The notes under the pieces are model-generated. The model did no database searches. It was not told the DNA's origin and was given only the letters and a program-made list of their open reading frames with translations. The translations under genes and the position numbers were made by a program. From the NCBI RefSeq assembly GCF_006345805.1, contig NC_043005.1:81344001-81408000 (forward strand): a DNA stretch of 64,000 bases, given 5' to 3'. Position 1 is the stretch's first letter, and the number at the start of each line of letters is the position of its first letter. Source of the stretch: Octopus sinensis (taxonomy: Eukaryota). Below, piece by piece: positions 25,858 to 40,751 of this stretch.

Positions 25858-26559
25858 ATGCATAACACAAAACACAAATAACGAAAGCATGCACGCAAGC
25901 ATAGTGTTGATACTACTCGAACATAAATAAATATATAGTTGTTAGCAAGCATCACATAGGAAACAGTCACTCAAACGCACAACTACGTGCATCTATACAT
26001 CAATGGATATGAGAATGAAGAAACACTTATACATTCAATCCATGGTATTTTGTAGGCTTAAATAGTGATGGTAATGACTTAAAAGGATTGGTTTCGGTGG
26101 TTGGATATTTGTTGAAGTTTTAAATATATTGTTAATATAATTGTTAGCTGTGAGGGATGTCCACGGTATCAAGAGATAAGTTGATGTTTGCAAATGAATA
26201 CGAGGTTTTTACTGTATACGAATGGAAGTAGAGTTAATGGCTGTATTATGTTAGCGATCGCTATGGTATACTTCTGTAAATAACTGAGATTTGAAAAACC
26301 TATTTGACATAGCTATGCAATTCTAAATTTGAGCACCTCATTTTATGTTAATGATTTTAAATGACTGCAAGACACGGGGGTGGGGTAGAAATACTGATTT
26401 ATACTTTAGAAATGTATATGATGTCAAGGAAATCAAGGAGGTTTGCTACAGTTGCAATAGTTAGGCCGGTGTGTTTCGTATTATGTTCGAAAACATTTTC
26501 AAAACATTTGGGAGTATCTGATACTAGCAACCAAGAGTGACATTAAGAGGATCTATATG

Positions 26560-27185
26560 AAACAGAATAATGAAAACTGGTATCCATGGTTGTTCAGATT
26601 TTGGGGCACAATGTTTGAATGAAAGAAGTGCAAAGAAAATTTGATCAGCAATTGGAGTTGAAATTCTTATCGAGGAACAACTCGTAAAGCTGGGCGTGTT
26701 TCTGGATAAAATAGATATTATGAATGGCACCATACTGTACTTTGGGCTAAAGGAAGAAGCTACATTGGCTTAAAAATCTGACATTAGATGGAAGCCTTTC
26801 ATTACTCAGTCCACATAACCACAACTATATCAAACCCGTCAATTCCTCCAAACTTGATGTCCCTGAGCTGTTCCAAATGTCCAGCCATCCTTTTGAGAGT
26901 GAATATCGGTGACTGCAATACTTGGGATTCGAAATCCCAAGGCTATTTAACATCTTACCAAAATACCCAAGACGTCTACATGTAGTAGAGATAGATATTT
27001 TCAAGAAGCAACATGACCCGCTATACAAGCTCTCAGATAAATCTACATTACGCCAAGAAACTCAAAAGAGGGCAGTAGTATCACCCTCACTCCTACACAA
27101 AAAGCCAATCATAAGAGAATGTGATTTGAAAAGGTGATGTTACTAGCGATGCTACAGCATGGCCATAGCATTTGGGCTGAAACGC
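26560..27185 (+). mobile_element. CR1/L2-type LINE 3' fragment
   Basis: Translations EVQRKF... and GFEIPRLFNILPKYPRRLHVVEIDIFKKQHD...RAVVSPSLLH match the C-terminal GPRLFNSLP...FK..LD...RA..SNSL pattern of CR1/L2 ORF2. The fragment ends in the tail cagcatggcc...ctgaaac plus an A-rich run. Confidence 0.8.
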
Positions 27186-28054
27186 TTGCAAAAATGAAAA
27201 AATAAAATAAAAATTAGAGATCATGAAAATTAGCAGCAACAATAAAAACAATCACAACACAATCTTCAAAATTAATAACAACAAAATGAACAAAGGAGAT
27301 GAACAAAGGGGATGAACACCGAAGCACAGAATGACAGTTCCGCAACTACTACACAATTTAAAAGCCATCCACTGTAAGTCTACCAAAACACAAAATAAAA
27401 AACACCTGGAACCATTCACATAAGCATACAAAGCACTTTTCTCTGTCTCAGGCATATCCAAGACATTGTCGAGAGATATGTTGTGGCAAGCTGTCAGTTG
27501 ATTAGGACAGTCCCAACAAATACATAATCACTGATCAGTTTTGTGAGGAATATAGTTGCCTTTATTTTGGACAGGGAACGCTGCTGCTTTTCATTCGTTT
27601 CTTAATCGAGTTTAACTGTGTTTTTCTAACTTTATTACGCATGTTTAGGTAATTAGACGTCTGTCCTATTCTAATTGCCGTCACATTACTTTTTGATAGG
27701 TTTACATATCTTCACTGACCTTTTTTTTATACATTTTCTTCTTTTGTAACTAATCTTACATCTTTCTACTAATTCTCATCCATCCTTTCATTACTGAGGT
27801 TACCACCTGTGGGGAATATTTTTTCTCTACTACTTTCTTTCATCGAGTAAGAGTGATAAGGTTCTCTTTTCATGTTTCCATTATGAATATCATATTAACT
27901 TTAAAATAAGTAATATAACATTCGCAAGGCTATAGTCGACCCGATGCCATAGTAGAAGACGTTTAACGAAGGAGCCACGTAGTGGGACTGATCCCGAAAC
28001 CATTGGGTTTGCAAGCAAGGTTCCTACCACATAGCTACCCCCGCGTCTATACAT

Positions 28055-28123
<69 letters not shown>

Positions 28124-28232
28124 ATATACCATAATAATACTACCGGGAATTCTAAGGTTGAAGGAAATCTCTTTGTACTCTAATACTTTCTTAACAGGAC
28201 ACACGTCAACTATCTATCTATCTATCTATCTA

Positions 28233-28297
<65 letters not shown>

Positions 28298-28311
28298 TAT
28301 ATATATATAGA

Positions 28312-28632
28312 AGCACTCCGTCGGTTACGACGACGAGGGTTCCAGCTGATACGATCAACAGAACAGCTTGCTCTTGAAATTAACGTGCAAGTGGCTGAGC
28401 ATTCCACAGACACGTGTACCCTTAACGTAGTTCGCAAGGAGATTCAGCGTGACACAGTGTGACAAGGCTGGCCCTTTTTGAGATAAAGGTACTACTCATT
28501 TTTGCCAGCTGAGTGGACTGGAGCAACGTGAAATCAAGTGCCTTGCTCAAGGACACAATGCGTCGCCAGGAATCGAACTCACAACATTATGATCATGAGC
28601 CGAATGCCCCTAACCACTAAGCCACGCGCCTA
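28312..28632 (-). mobile_element. Full-length tRNA-derived SINE
   Basis: Reverse-complement head taggcgcgtggcttagtggttagg...gagttcgattcctgg; body shared with the 12.4 and 43.5 kb copies. Confidence 0.9.
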
Positions 28633-29124
28633 CATGTGTGTATATGTGTATATGTATATGTAAGTTGTCTGAGCGCGTGTCTTTGTGCTTCTCCTCCACT
28701 ACCTTTTGACCACGGGTTTTGGTGTGTTGATTCTCCAGTATTGCCGCAGTCCAGTGACTTAAAGACGTGTCAGATACATGAATGTACCAAAACAACAGAG
28801 AACTTTGAAATTCAAGGATATTCAATCCCTAAAACATGAACCCGAATTTAACGCAATCAATACCATTGTATTCCTAACCTAAAGCACTTATCGTAATAGT
28901 TAGTTAATTTCCATTTCGTACTTATTAGCAGGATCTATAAAGGATGAGAACATAGAGCTCAAAGGTGCATCGTGACAAATCAATGGAACTAATTAGCGAA
29001 TGCAAAAATAAAAGAACCAGAACCAGAAAGCACGAGCGATCCTCCTTGTCGGCAAAGAATGGACGAATGTGTAGAAAAAAATGATTTAATTAATATAACC
29101 GGATTCTAAGATAGGAAATAGATT

Positions 29125-29676
29125 ACCATATATATATATGTATGTATATATGTATGTATATATGTATATACATATATGTATATATATATATGTATATACA
29201 TATATGTATATATATGTATATACATATATGTATATATATATATATGTATATATATGTATGTATATATGTATGTATATATGTATATATATATATATGTATA
29301 TATATATATGTATGTATATATGTATATATATATGTATGTATATGTATATATATATATATATGTATGTATATATGTATATATATATATATGTATGTATATA
29401 TGTATATATATATGTATGTATATATGTATATATATATGTATGTATATATGCATGTATGCATGTATGTATGTATTTGTATATATGTATGTATATGTATATA
29501 TGTATGTATATATATATGTATATGTGTGTATATATATATACATGTATATATGTATATATACATATATACACATAATTTATAACACACACATATATATATA
29601 TATATGCATACTTATATATGTATGTCTATATGTATATATATATATGTACATATACATATATGCATATACATTTATG

Positions 29677-29715
<39 letters not shown>
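29125..29715. repeat. (TA)n/(TATG)n/(CA)n compound microsatellite
   Basis: Directly visible. Confidence 0.95.
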
Positions 29716-29719
<4 letters not shown>

Positions 29720-30292
29720 TTGTATTTACGTAATTTATTCGTACTTATCGACAGGATCACTTCATCGGAAATCAAATAAATTAACGTATGTCGGATGAAT
29801 GTAAAAAGATTCAGAACAGTAATAATGAGAATTAATGGAAGTGTGACTAGGAAATAATGATGCTGGTAGGTTAGAAAGTGCAGGAGTGATGCGAAAATAG
29901 AGGAGGTGACCACGGGGCCACAAGCTGACAAAGAAATTAATCATGCATGCATTCATTGAAATACGCACACATATGGCTGTGCAAATACAGAGATACATAT
30001 GTTTGTGTGTGCACGTATGTGCATGCAGAAGGAGAGAGAGAGAAAGAGCGAGAGGGACCGAGAGGGGCGAAGGTAGAGAGAGATATTAGCATTAATGGAC
30101 TGCTATTTTATAGGTACTTCGATATTTCATTTCCTGAAACGATCTTCTGTGGTGTGTATCCATGATATTAAGTATCAATCGTATGACTCCACATTTACAT
30201 GATTTAAGTACTTCGTATAAACTAAGTACTTTTCCTGTCAAAAACAGTCACACTCACATATGTACATACGCATGTATGTACGTCTGTATAAG

Positions 30293-30329
<37 letters not shown>

Positions 30330-31494
30330 GTGTGTGATTGTACCTATGTGTGTCTCTGTATATATATATTTTTTTTTTCGTTTATATTTTACTTGTTGGA
30401 GTCATCAGACTGCGGTCATGCTGGGTTGTATATGATGCAATTATCTAATAGAATTCTAAATCTCCACGTCTCAATAAGTGCGCAAATTATTTTTATTACG
30501 AACGATTAGTTTTAACGGGAACGTACCTATTTCATTACGTTACGCATTGTACGTGACATCTTGTAACCGAGTGCGACTTGATTCGAATTAAATTAATTGA
30601 TGTATATGTACTAGTAAAGAAGATACTGCGGATTTTGTTTTCGTACTTTAATTTTAGAAGTTAACGTGATTGTTTTTGTTTTTTTTAAGCGATGTAAATA
30701 TTGTACAGTTTGGCTCGAAATTAGTTTAAATTCAAATGGATGGATATAAGTCCATTGTAATTTTACATACGTTAGGGAAACAACGCTGAGTGTGGATTCA
30801 ATAGAGGGAAAATGTGAAATATATTTTTTATGCAAGGGAAATATTAGTGTACAACAACGATTGGCAACACACTGTAACGTTAGATGAAGGGGATTTCTCT
30901 GAGGTAATGTGCAGTGTTATGGTTTAATAATGTGGATAGAAAATTCCTACAAATGTTCCTTCTCTAGAATGAACTGACATATGTAAAAATAATATAATAA
31001 GAGTGACAAAAGAAAAAAAAAACAGGATAAGAAGGAAGGAAAGAATTGGAAACAAAACAGAAGAGGAGATAAACAAATGGAAAGAGAAGAAATTTCAAAC
31101 TATCTACTCTTTTAAAATATTTGCGATGTAAACATCCATTGGAATGAAAGCTAATATACGTATATCGCCTTTCACTCGAAATGTATTTTGTTATTTCGTT
31201 TTGCTGCCATTTTTCGTTGTTTCAACCAATGAAAGGACTAGATGGATATGAGAAGAGTTATGAATATTTGATACGCTGTACCTTAAGTGTTTTTTGACAA
31301 CAATTTAAGTTTCTTGTGGAGAAAAGAATATTCGTGAAGGATTATTGCTAAGCAACAGTATGAACCATGGAAGAAATGGCGCTGTCTAGGACCACAACTT
31401 GTTAAATCATATATGCAAAAATGCATCATGTATGTGTATAAATGTATATACTCAAGCATACACATAGACTCGCACTCACTCGTTCAAACACTCT

Positions 31495-31585
31495 CACATG
31501 CACACACACAAATACATACAAATACACACACACACACACACACAAATACATACAAATACACACACACACACACACACACACACAA

Positions 31586-31670
<85 letters not shown>
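31495..31670. repeat. (CA)n(TA)n microsatellite
   Basis: Directly visible. Confidence 0.95.
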
Positions 31671-31675
<5 letters not shown>

Positions 31676-32316
31676 ATATTGTTATATTTTGGGATGAACA
31701 TCATTTTTCCAATTGAACACATGCACTATTTACCTGCACTTCAGCTTTATTATTATTATTATTATTATTACTATCGTTATTATCGTTAATAATTTATTTG
31801 ACAGATTTTTGTCAAACATTTTGTCTCCTGTTCTCTCCGGTGTTCTGTCTGTTTTGATATTGTTGTACATATTGATAGTTGCGCATGCATAAGCTCTGAT
31901 ATCCGTGTGTGTGTCTATGTGTTTTGTAAGTGTATGTGTGTCTTTTGTGCGTGTATATGGGTTTGTGTTACATTATTTGAACCTGTGTTATATCTATCTA
32001 TCTATCTGTCTATCTAACTATAATAACAAAGGGTGAATTTAATTAATTAAGAAGTAATCGGTAATTTCACCAAGTAGAATTCGGCATGAAAAGGATCAAT
32101 TCATGGTAAGTTTAAGTAATACTTTATAATTAGGGTTAAGCAACGATTTGCTTCACCACATACCGAAGTTTAGAAATAGCAGTCAAAACATCTTAGCTAT
32201 TCCTTCTACTTTAAAGGGGGTTCCCAGAAAAACCAAAGCACTTGAAAACAAACCACGCAGGCAAAAGGGAAAAACGACAAAAATCATTCTATATTATGTA
32301 TATATATATATATAGA

Positions 32317-32366
<50 letters not shown>

Positions 32367-32417
32367 GGAGATGTACATGCAAAACAGATAACTTGACCTG
32401 AGATCGTGTGCTGAAAC

Positions 32418-32625
32418 AAAAACACTCAAAAACCGTTAGATTCACTGCAAGACTTAAACTTGTCAAAATATTTTCATCGCTTTGAAACCGCGACCTGTTC
32501 ACAGACACAATTCTGTGCTGCACAGAATTTTGTCTGTGAACAGGTCGCGGTTTCAAAGTGACGAGAATATTTTGATAAATTAAATTTAAATATTGCAGGG
32601 AATCTAACGGTTTTTGTGTGTTTTT
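32418..32625. repeat. About 208-bp palindrome with a 1-nt loop
   Basis: Centre aattctgtgc-t-gcacagaatt (32519). Arms include tttgaaaccgcgacctgttcacagaca and aaaaaccgttagattc. Confidence 0.9.
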
Positions 32626-32669
32626 AAATGGCTTATAAACACCTTCCACGCAACAATTTTCTGGGTTTA

Positions 32670-32718
<49 letters not shown>

Positions 32719-32959
32719 ATAATAAAAGTATGTATTACTCCGAAACTGCAATAGTATTACCTTTAATTCAATAATTATATACCGACTTTTCAGACTAACA
32801 CCTGTTTCAATTGCCCCAATTAGTAATCGCTGCAATTGCAATCCTACTATAAAACGGGGCAGTCTCTTCAGAGTCTTAACTTGATATCCCTCGTTATGGC
32901 CGTTTAATGATTTCCTCTTATAAACCCTGCGTTGTACAATTGATAGCTGTCCGTTAAGT

Positions 32960-33490
32960 TAATATTTCTATATATAACTCGCGGATAAAGCATCGAGATG
33001 AATGCACTGTTGAGATCTCTGGAAATGAAAGGTGCCAAGGAGCAATACACCAAACAACTGAGAGATGCGAAACCTGGCTGCACAGCAGATATAGCTCTGC
33101 TTACACCACTAATAAGACTCCCAATTGAGAAGCTTATCAAGTAAACAAAGATCTTTATTGCATGCTTAGAAATGGTAACTAGGGACATCAAATGGACAGT
33201 TGGCGCAAACATAATGGGCGAGGAGCCAACACACTTGCCACTCGCAGGTGACATTTTTATCATCGTTGAAAACACTGAGCTTGGCAAAACAAAATATATG
33301 TAGGCGGAAGATGTAGCAGTAGGTCGAACAGAAGTGGAAATCGATGAAATCCAGGAAGTAAAGTATTTCATCTACTTCGGACACACAGTGAATACACACC
33401 GTGATAGGGATACTGAAATCTTAAAGACAAAAAGGGCAGGATGGAATGCATTTATCTCAATAACTGATGTACTCCAACGATCGGCTATAA
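32960..33490 (+). mobile_element. RTE-clade LINE reverse-transcriptase fragment (decayed)
   Basis: One frame reads SIEMNALLRSLEMKG...LPIEK..KIFIACLE...HLPLAGDIFII...KTKYM...EVKYFIYFG...RAGWNAF, matching RTE RT motifs (HLRFADDIVL, KTK.M, YVYLG, AGW.AF). Confidence 0.85.
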
Positions 33491-33722
33491 GTAGGTTATT
33501 ACTGAGCGTGTGTATACGCAATAGAAGGAAAATAAAGACAAACAATTGGTATCTGTTCAGAGCACGGAATTTACGCATTTAAACATTATTGAAGAGCTAT
33601 TACAACATAGTTATTTGGAACAACAGCTCTATAATTATGTTTAAATACATAAACTAGACTGGTCTAACCTGATACCAAATGTTTGCCTGTTCATTCTTTC
33701 TCTCTGTTGTATGCGTATGTTC

Positions 33723-33754
<32 letters not shown>

Positions 33755-33760
33755 ACTCAT

Positions 33761-33808
<48 letters not shown>

Positions 33809-36362
33809 ATATACATACATATGTGTCTGTATAAATATATATTAATATATATACATATATATATGTATATATGTACATTTATTTATATTTTGATATGCAT
33901 ATATAATCAATATATGTATTTATATATATATATATGTATAACGTGTGTGTGTTTATACGCATTGTATCCGAATAAATGAAGTGATTAAAACAAAAGACCG
34001 TAGAAGTGCATGCCCGTTAGTGGTTTTAGTTGTGTTAGTACATGAATAGAAATCATGCTGGTATAAATCTTAAGTTTCAGTGTTGCTTTGTTATAAAATC
34101 ACTGATAACATATCAGACTGGCTTTTCAGTCAACTTCTCATTGATTTTACTTTGTGTTTCATGTCAATTAGCTTTGGTTCTGTTTAAGGAATCACAACTT
34201 CCTGTTGAGCTTCTGGTTTAGCATTAAGTAACATATTATCAAAGTGACATTCGTATTACTTCACTTGATTTTAGTTATTTTTATTGTGTTAGTTATTCAT
34301 TTATAATACAATTGGAAATGGAAAAGTATATTGTCCTTATAATCTACAAATATCTCATATTTTATGTAACAACCTGTATTGTATCAAAGACTAGATAAAT
34401 TAAATTTTATCGACTGTTAATACAAATTGATATTACATGTGAAACAATTCAGCAATATAAACCGAAAGATAACAGCTATTACTTACTATATATTTTTGTT
34501 ACATGTAAAAAATATACTTTTGCGGTAGCCATATTTTTTAAGAATTAGTCATAAGAAGGGTAATAGCTTCAGTTTTACATTATAAACGACCATGGGAAAT
34601 ATAACTTCGTTTTACGTATTTACCTAGAGTTTACATACACTGGAAAATTAAGATGTATATATTTTAGTACCTTCATCACAAATAAATACATACATCACTG
34701 ATAGATCACATGCACAACTAAAGAATATATTTAACGCAAAACCAACAAAAATGAAGTGAAAAGCATAGGTAATTTTGGAGAGAGGTAACCACACACGTTG
34801 TCTACAATATAATTTCAACCACACGAATACAAACATAGCAAAACCGGCAGCCTAAATTGATTCTACCTATACCCAATCCAGAAAAATCTAAAGGAGCTGT
34901 AGCTAGCACATATTCTGAACAACGCATATAAATACATTTTCTTCAAAATCTGCATAGAGATTCATCTGCTTTTAATTATATGATTTCGGCATGGTTTGTG
35001 TCTGTATATTCCTGCGAAAGGGTGTTTGCGCCCTGGGATTAATGTTGATTAACATAAATTTCTATATTAAGACCAAATCCACTATACCTGGTGCATTTGT
35101 CATCACTTTCTAAACCTACAAAATTACACTAACTGACAGAACATGGAAGACATGCAACATACCCAGACTGCTTCACTGAACCCAATACGAAAAGCCCTAC
35201 ATAACAAAAATATTGAAAGCTGACCTAAATTTAGGCAGATTAATATTCTGTACAAAACAGAGGATTTATGGATCGCATCTACCCACGTGCTTACAACCCA
35301 GTTTGATCGGCGCTAATTAGGGATACACAACATCAACATGAGACCATATTTTGCAAAATAAAAACAAGTATTTCTACTCCTCATTATATATTTGCATTAT
35401 ATGGTGCAGCATAGGCATATGAACATATCTTACCAGTCTTTTTGCATTTTGTGTAAGCAATCCAGTTTAGTTGTAGCAGCTAATTCCCAGGTAAAGTTCG
35501 CATAGAGTAAAAAGAAAGAAGATAAGGAAGAAACAAGAAAAATACAAAAATCTTCTGTCAGTGTAAGGAAGGAATGATTATTATTATTATTAGTATTATT
35601 TTTAGTATGTTGCAATAGAAATTAAGAAAGAGAAACAAAACAAAATGAAAAGTAATTCATGACAGAAAAACAGGAAACAAGAAACTGAAAGCATGCTTTT
35701 AATATAGTTAGCAAAGAGTTTTAATATTATATAATATGCAAAGAACAAAAACGTCTGTTAGATATTTAAATATCCTTCTATATGTAAACATATCAACTGT
35801 AAGGAATAGAAGTCAACAAAAAACGTATCACTCAAATTATTCCAATTACATAAGTATATACTTACATATAATTTTGCATCGATTTCTGCATATTTACATT
35901 ATGTAACTATCAACTTGGCACAAAAAAAGAAATGGAGCCATACTGACGTGTAGGAATGTATGTATGTAATATGTATGTATTTATATATTCATATATTTGT
36001 ATACATATATATCTGTGTGTGTGTGCATTTGTGTTTATCGGCATGTATTTGTGTATGCATCTGCATATATGTGCAGATATCAACACCAATGTTAAATCGC
36101 TACATCACGGCTTGAAATCAATTGTGCTCTGTGGAAGTTGAAGTAATAATCATAAACGAATAATAGTCAACAACACGATGTCTAATCATGATTTTTTTAC
36201 AATCAGAAACCGCTCACTGTTAAGCATTAATAACGTACAGAGTAAAACATTTGAAAATGTCTATAGTTATTTGTTATTTCATTTAACTTAATCTTACGTT
36301 ATTTACTTTATTTTATCTTCCTGTTGTGCAATTCTGCCATGCCAGTCGATAATATTTTTTTC

Positions 36363-36393
<31 letters not shown>

Positions 36394-37559
36394 GTGTATA
36401 TATATGACACTTAATTTGCGATTTTACAATTCTATAAAAGTCATTTTTGTTTTTATATTGCATATGCTTGTCCGTGTATGAATATGTTTATGAATGTGTG
36501 CATGTATCTAACTATCATTCCATCTATCTAAACCTATAGCGACAAATAGATACATAAATATATACATAGATAGATACGTGTATAGATACGTATATATAAC
36601 ATATATAGGTACACATACAGACACACACACACACATTCACATACGCGCATACACAAACAAAGACACACGCACATCTATATATATGTATAATGATAAATCT
36701 ATATTGTTATACAATATATGTAACTGCTACCAAATATGCTGTCTCTTTTTACTTTGTTCGTCCACTGACGCATGTATACATATGTGTGTGTTGTGTATGT
36801 GTGCGAGTGTGTGTGTATGCATAAGAATGTACTATTATTATTGGTGTAAATGCATTTCTTACAAGTGATAACAATAGTCCTGAAATCATGAGTTTAACTG
36901 CAGCAACTTTCACCGGATTCCGTGTTAGGAGTAGATGCAAAACAAGAAAGTTAAACTGAAAACCGAATATACAAGGATTTACGTAAACACACAGGGGGAA
37001 ACTCTCTCCCGACCATGAGACAGACACTCATAAAACAGGACCAAATAATCTAAGAAACTTGTATTTGTATGCGTTTAGGAAGAGAAAGCAACCAGTTGCT
37101 GTAATAGCCTGTAATATGACACGAAAATTACAAGAAAGCGTAAACTAGAGGCTAAGAAAGAGTGAGAATGTTTTCGGGGAGAAGTGAACGACGAAGAATT
37201 CTATAGAGAGTCCCAATACTCGAAGCTGCTGTTTTAGAAATGGATCTAAAAAGAATCATCTATGTAAAAAAAATGCGCTTAAAAGACGGGGAATAGAAGA
37301 TTCCAAACGTCATGGATATAGAAATATCTTCGTAGGTCTTGTAAAGATTAATGAAAAGCAGCTAATGGAACTTAATGGAACGGTACTAACCCCTTACTTC
37401 AACTTGGAACTCAACAATATCAGATTTTTAACCATTTTGAAGTTGTTATTAATTATTGTTATAAATGCTGTTGTTGTCGTTACAAGGATGTGGATACTGG
37501 TGGTGTTATTGCATTTGTTGCTCTTGCTTTGCAGCAGCAGTAGTAGTAGTTTTAATATC

Positions 37560-38046
37560 TTCTTCACGGATTGTCAAACATCGTCACTATTTCAAAATTT
37601 CAATCAGATTTTCAGAAGTATTTTCGAACCATATTTCAGCTTATTTCTGCTTGTTTATAAGAATATCCACAAAAATTGTGTTTGAAACGTCAGAGTATTT
37701 TGTCCTGATCAGTAAACATCGCGCCATTTATCAAATTTCCTTGATATTAAACAATCATTTAAGGATAAATATCGTCTGTCTTCAGCATTAAAGATCGATA
37801 ATATTTGGGTTGCTTCCATGAGAGTCTTGAAAGCAATATTAGTGAAAACATACACTTCCTAGTGAAATTGTTATAGATGTGTAAATAAATAGCTTTAATA
37901 GGTTTCCTCATTACCACTAACAATAGCAAATTATCAAGTAAGGCCATAATAACAAGCGGAAACATAAACAATATAACCAGGACTATCACTGACAATATCG
38001 TGCCAAGAGACAAAAGTAACCATAACAACAATATCATTACAGACAC
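37560..38046 (-). pseudogene. Possible class-A GPCR-like relic
   Basis: ORF 37759-38046 has FPLVIMALLDNLLLLVVMRK, resembling the TM1 GN.L...V..R pattern. A downstream ..RCLTI is DRY-like but in broken frames. Confidence 0.2.
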
Positions 38047-39429
38047 TCCATTATATTAATTACTAATTTAGAAAAATAACCACACCAGCGGACGACATCA
38101 GGGACGAACCCAGTATTTCAGCAAATTTATTTTTAAATGATATATTACAATTATATTGAATACAACAATTGTGAGCAGGCAGAATCGACTGTATGACAGA
38201 CAAAATGCTTGGTAGCATTTCGTCTGTGTATACCTTCTGAGTTCAAATGCAACCGAGGTTGACAATTGCCCCCATTCAAAATTTGCACAAAAGTAATTTC
38301 ATTAAATTTGTCAGGCTTTGGAGATCTTTAGAAGTAAGATGTGTTCTAGTAGCGTAGGCGAGGGTATATTATCTTACCTCAGGAAGGAATTTTTGCCCAT
38401 ATTTCAACATACATTTTTGTAAGTGGCTTCAACCTTTATTTTAAAATCACTAACAGGGAAATTAGTCTAGTAGAACAACTGAAGTTCAACCTATAAATCT
38501 GATCAAATTTCTGTGTCAATAGAACTTCCACAACCACCCGACTGTACACTATAGTAAAATATTGTGGACCTAGTTTTCACTCAAGTGGTAACATCACACA
38601 ACTTAGGACATTCTTCTCACAGCAAAGACAAAATGCAGAAAAGGCTGCAATTCTATTAACACCACAAACTCAGCATCGGCCAAGACTATGGGAGAGAGAA
38701 TCAGATTATTAGACCTACCCCTGAATAAATGTAATCGATAGTGCTCCGTTTGCTATTTTCTACCAACAGGAAGAATTACGTAATGAATACATAAATGTAC
38801 GTCATTCGCTCAACGGCATTAGATAACTACTCAGTAGTTCCAGATAAGATTTACGGAATTCTTACATCCCAATCGTCATCAAGTATTATGACGTATACGT
38901 GTCATGTATCCGCTCCGATCGGACAGTGAGTTCCTTATGTTCCGAGACAAAAGTTCAGAAACAGTGGTGATGGTAGTCCTTCAAAACAAAATTGTTTTGC
39001 AGAACTTCTTTTGCATCAAATGTGGTACTGTTAGACGAGTTCCTGTGAATTTCTGCTATTTTACCAGAGTGTTAATTTCGATTGGAACGCTAGAAAGCCA
39101 TTGGACATTTGTGGAGTTAACCAATAGAAAAGCGAGGTGCAAAATACAAAGCATATCAGTGTATTCCAACCGTGTAAAAATTCCTAACCCATGTCTGAAT
39201 ATAGAATAATTACACTGGATTATCTAATTGAGCATCTAGTTACAAATGAAATTGGTGGATAAAGGTTTTACCCCATTAGCGTTACACAAACGACAGATAT
39301 AAGATTGGTGCAATCGAACAATGTAGGGCATATCTGAAAGAGAGATGGTTATTGGAAATTGTTTGCTTATTTTTAAATATATAATCACGAAATGAGTGTA
39401 TTAACGAATAGATTAATGACCATTTAAAT

Positions 39430-39880
39430 GAGGGGAATGGCTTCAAATTTTTCCGAGAGGGGATAAGTCAGTTACATCGACCCCAGAGTTTAACTGGTAC
39501 TTATTTTATCGACTCCGAAAGGGTAGAAGGCGAAGTCGACCTCTGAGGCGTTTGAACTCAGAACGTAATGACTGATGAAATGCCACAAAGAATTTTGCCC
39601 GACGTGCTAACGATCCTGCCGGATTCTCCCATCAAAGTTTTTGCCGAACGACCTACACAAATGTGTTGCTTATAGTAATCAAATGTATGTGCTATAATTT
39701 AGCACCCTCCCTCCATCACCTCGACGTTGCATGAACAGGGACACGGTGTACCATGTGCCTGGTGCCGAAGTGATCGCGGAGCAACGTGAGATAAAGTGCT
39801 TTGCTCAAGAACCCAACGGACCACCCGATCTAGGAATTGAAACTACGATCTCACCCTGACCACCAAGCCATGCGTCCTCT
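39430..39880 (-). mobile_element. Two SINE fragments (two families)
   Basis: 39430-39620 atcgaccccag..ctggtacttatt family; 39700-39880 gagcaacgtgagataaagtgctttgctcaag family. Confidence 0.8.
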
Positions 39881-40552
39881 CACAAGAAGAAGAAGAAGAA
39901 GAATATTACTAGAAAAACTGGGGAGATGACGAGAAAAGGAGACATATACTGAGATGATAGATGGTGATGAAGATAAAGAGAAAGAAGATCCTCATAAGCA
40001 AGAAGAAGAAGAACAACAACAACTATATGAAAAATGATTAACATTAAGAAGAAGATGCAAAAGATTTAGAGGAGGAAATAATTCTAAATAATTCAAAGAA
40101 ATTGATGATAAAAAAGTTTTTCTGTTACAGCATTGCAAAGTGATAATAAATGCCTGAATACAATAGAATACAAAATATCTTCACATGATGATGATGATGA
40201 TGATGATAATAATAATAATAGTCATGATGATGATGACGATGATGATGTTGATGATGACAGAGAATAAATAAGATAAAAAATTAAATTCGAACACATTTTC
40301 TTTCCTTCTGATGGGTTTTCTTCACTTGATTTTCCTTTTCTGTTCTCTGTTTAACTTAAAATCATTGTTTAATAAATGAATATAATGATATGAAATTAAA
40401 AACAAACAGAAGACATGTATTTATGTAATATATAAATATATATATATATATATATTCATATATAGATATATGTGTGTGTGTGCGCGCGCGCGTATGTGTC
40501 TACATATATATAGTTATACGAGTGTATATATATACATCGATAGATATACATA

Positions 40553-40613
<61 letters not shown>

Positions 40614-40716
40614 CATGCGTGTATATATAAGCATACATATATATGTATACATAGGTGTGTGTATATATATATACACATGCGTGTATATATAAGCATACAT
40701 ATATATGTATACATAG

Positions 40717-40751
<35 letters not shown>

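Noticed and set aside
28540-28632. tRNA-like sequences (also at about 130-200, 2440-2482, 43512, 60100)
   Set aside because: These are SINE heads running into SINE bodies; no complete cloverleaf.
29086-29733. 145-185 aa ORFs
   Set aside because: Microsatellite artefacts.
32904-33371. 155-aa minus-strand ORF
   Set aside because: Antisense to the RTE reverse-transcriptase relic.
38904-39209. 101-aa non-repetitive ORF
   Set aside because: No recognisable domain or splice context; an ORF of this length can occur by chance in 64 kb.
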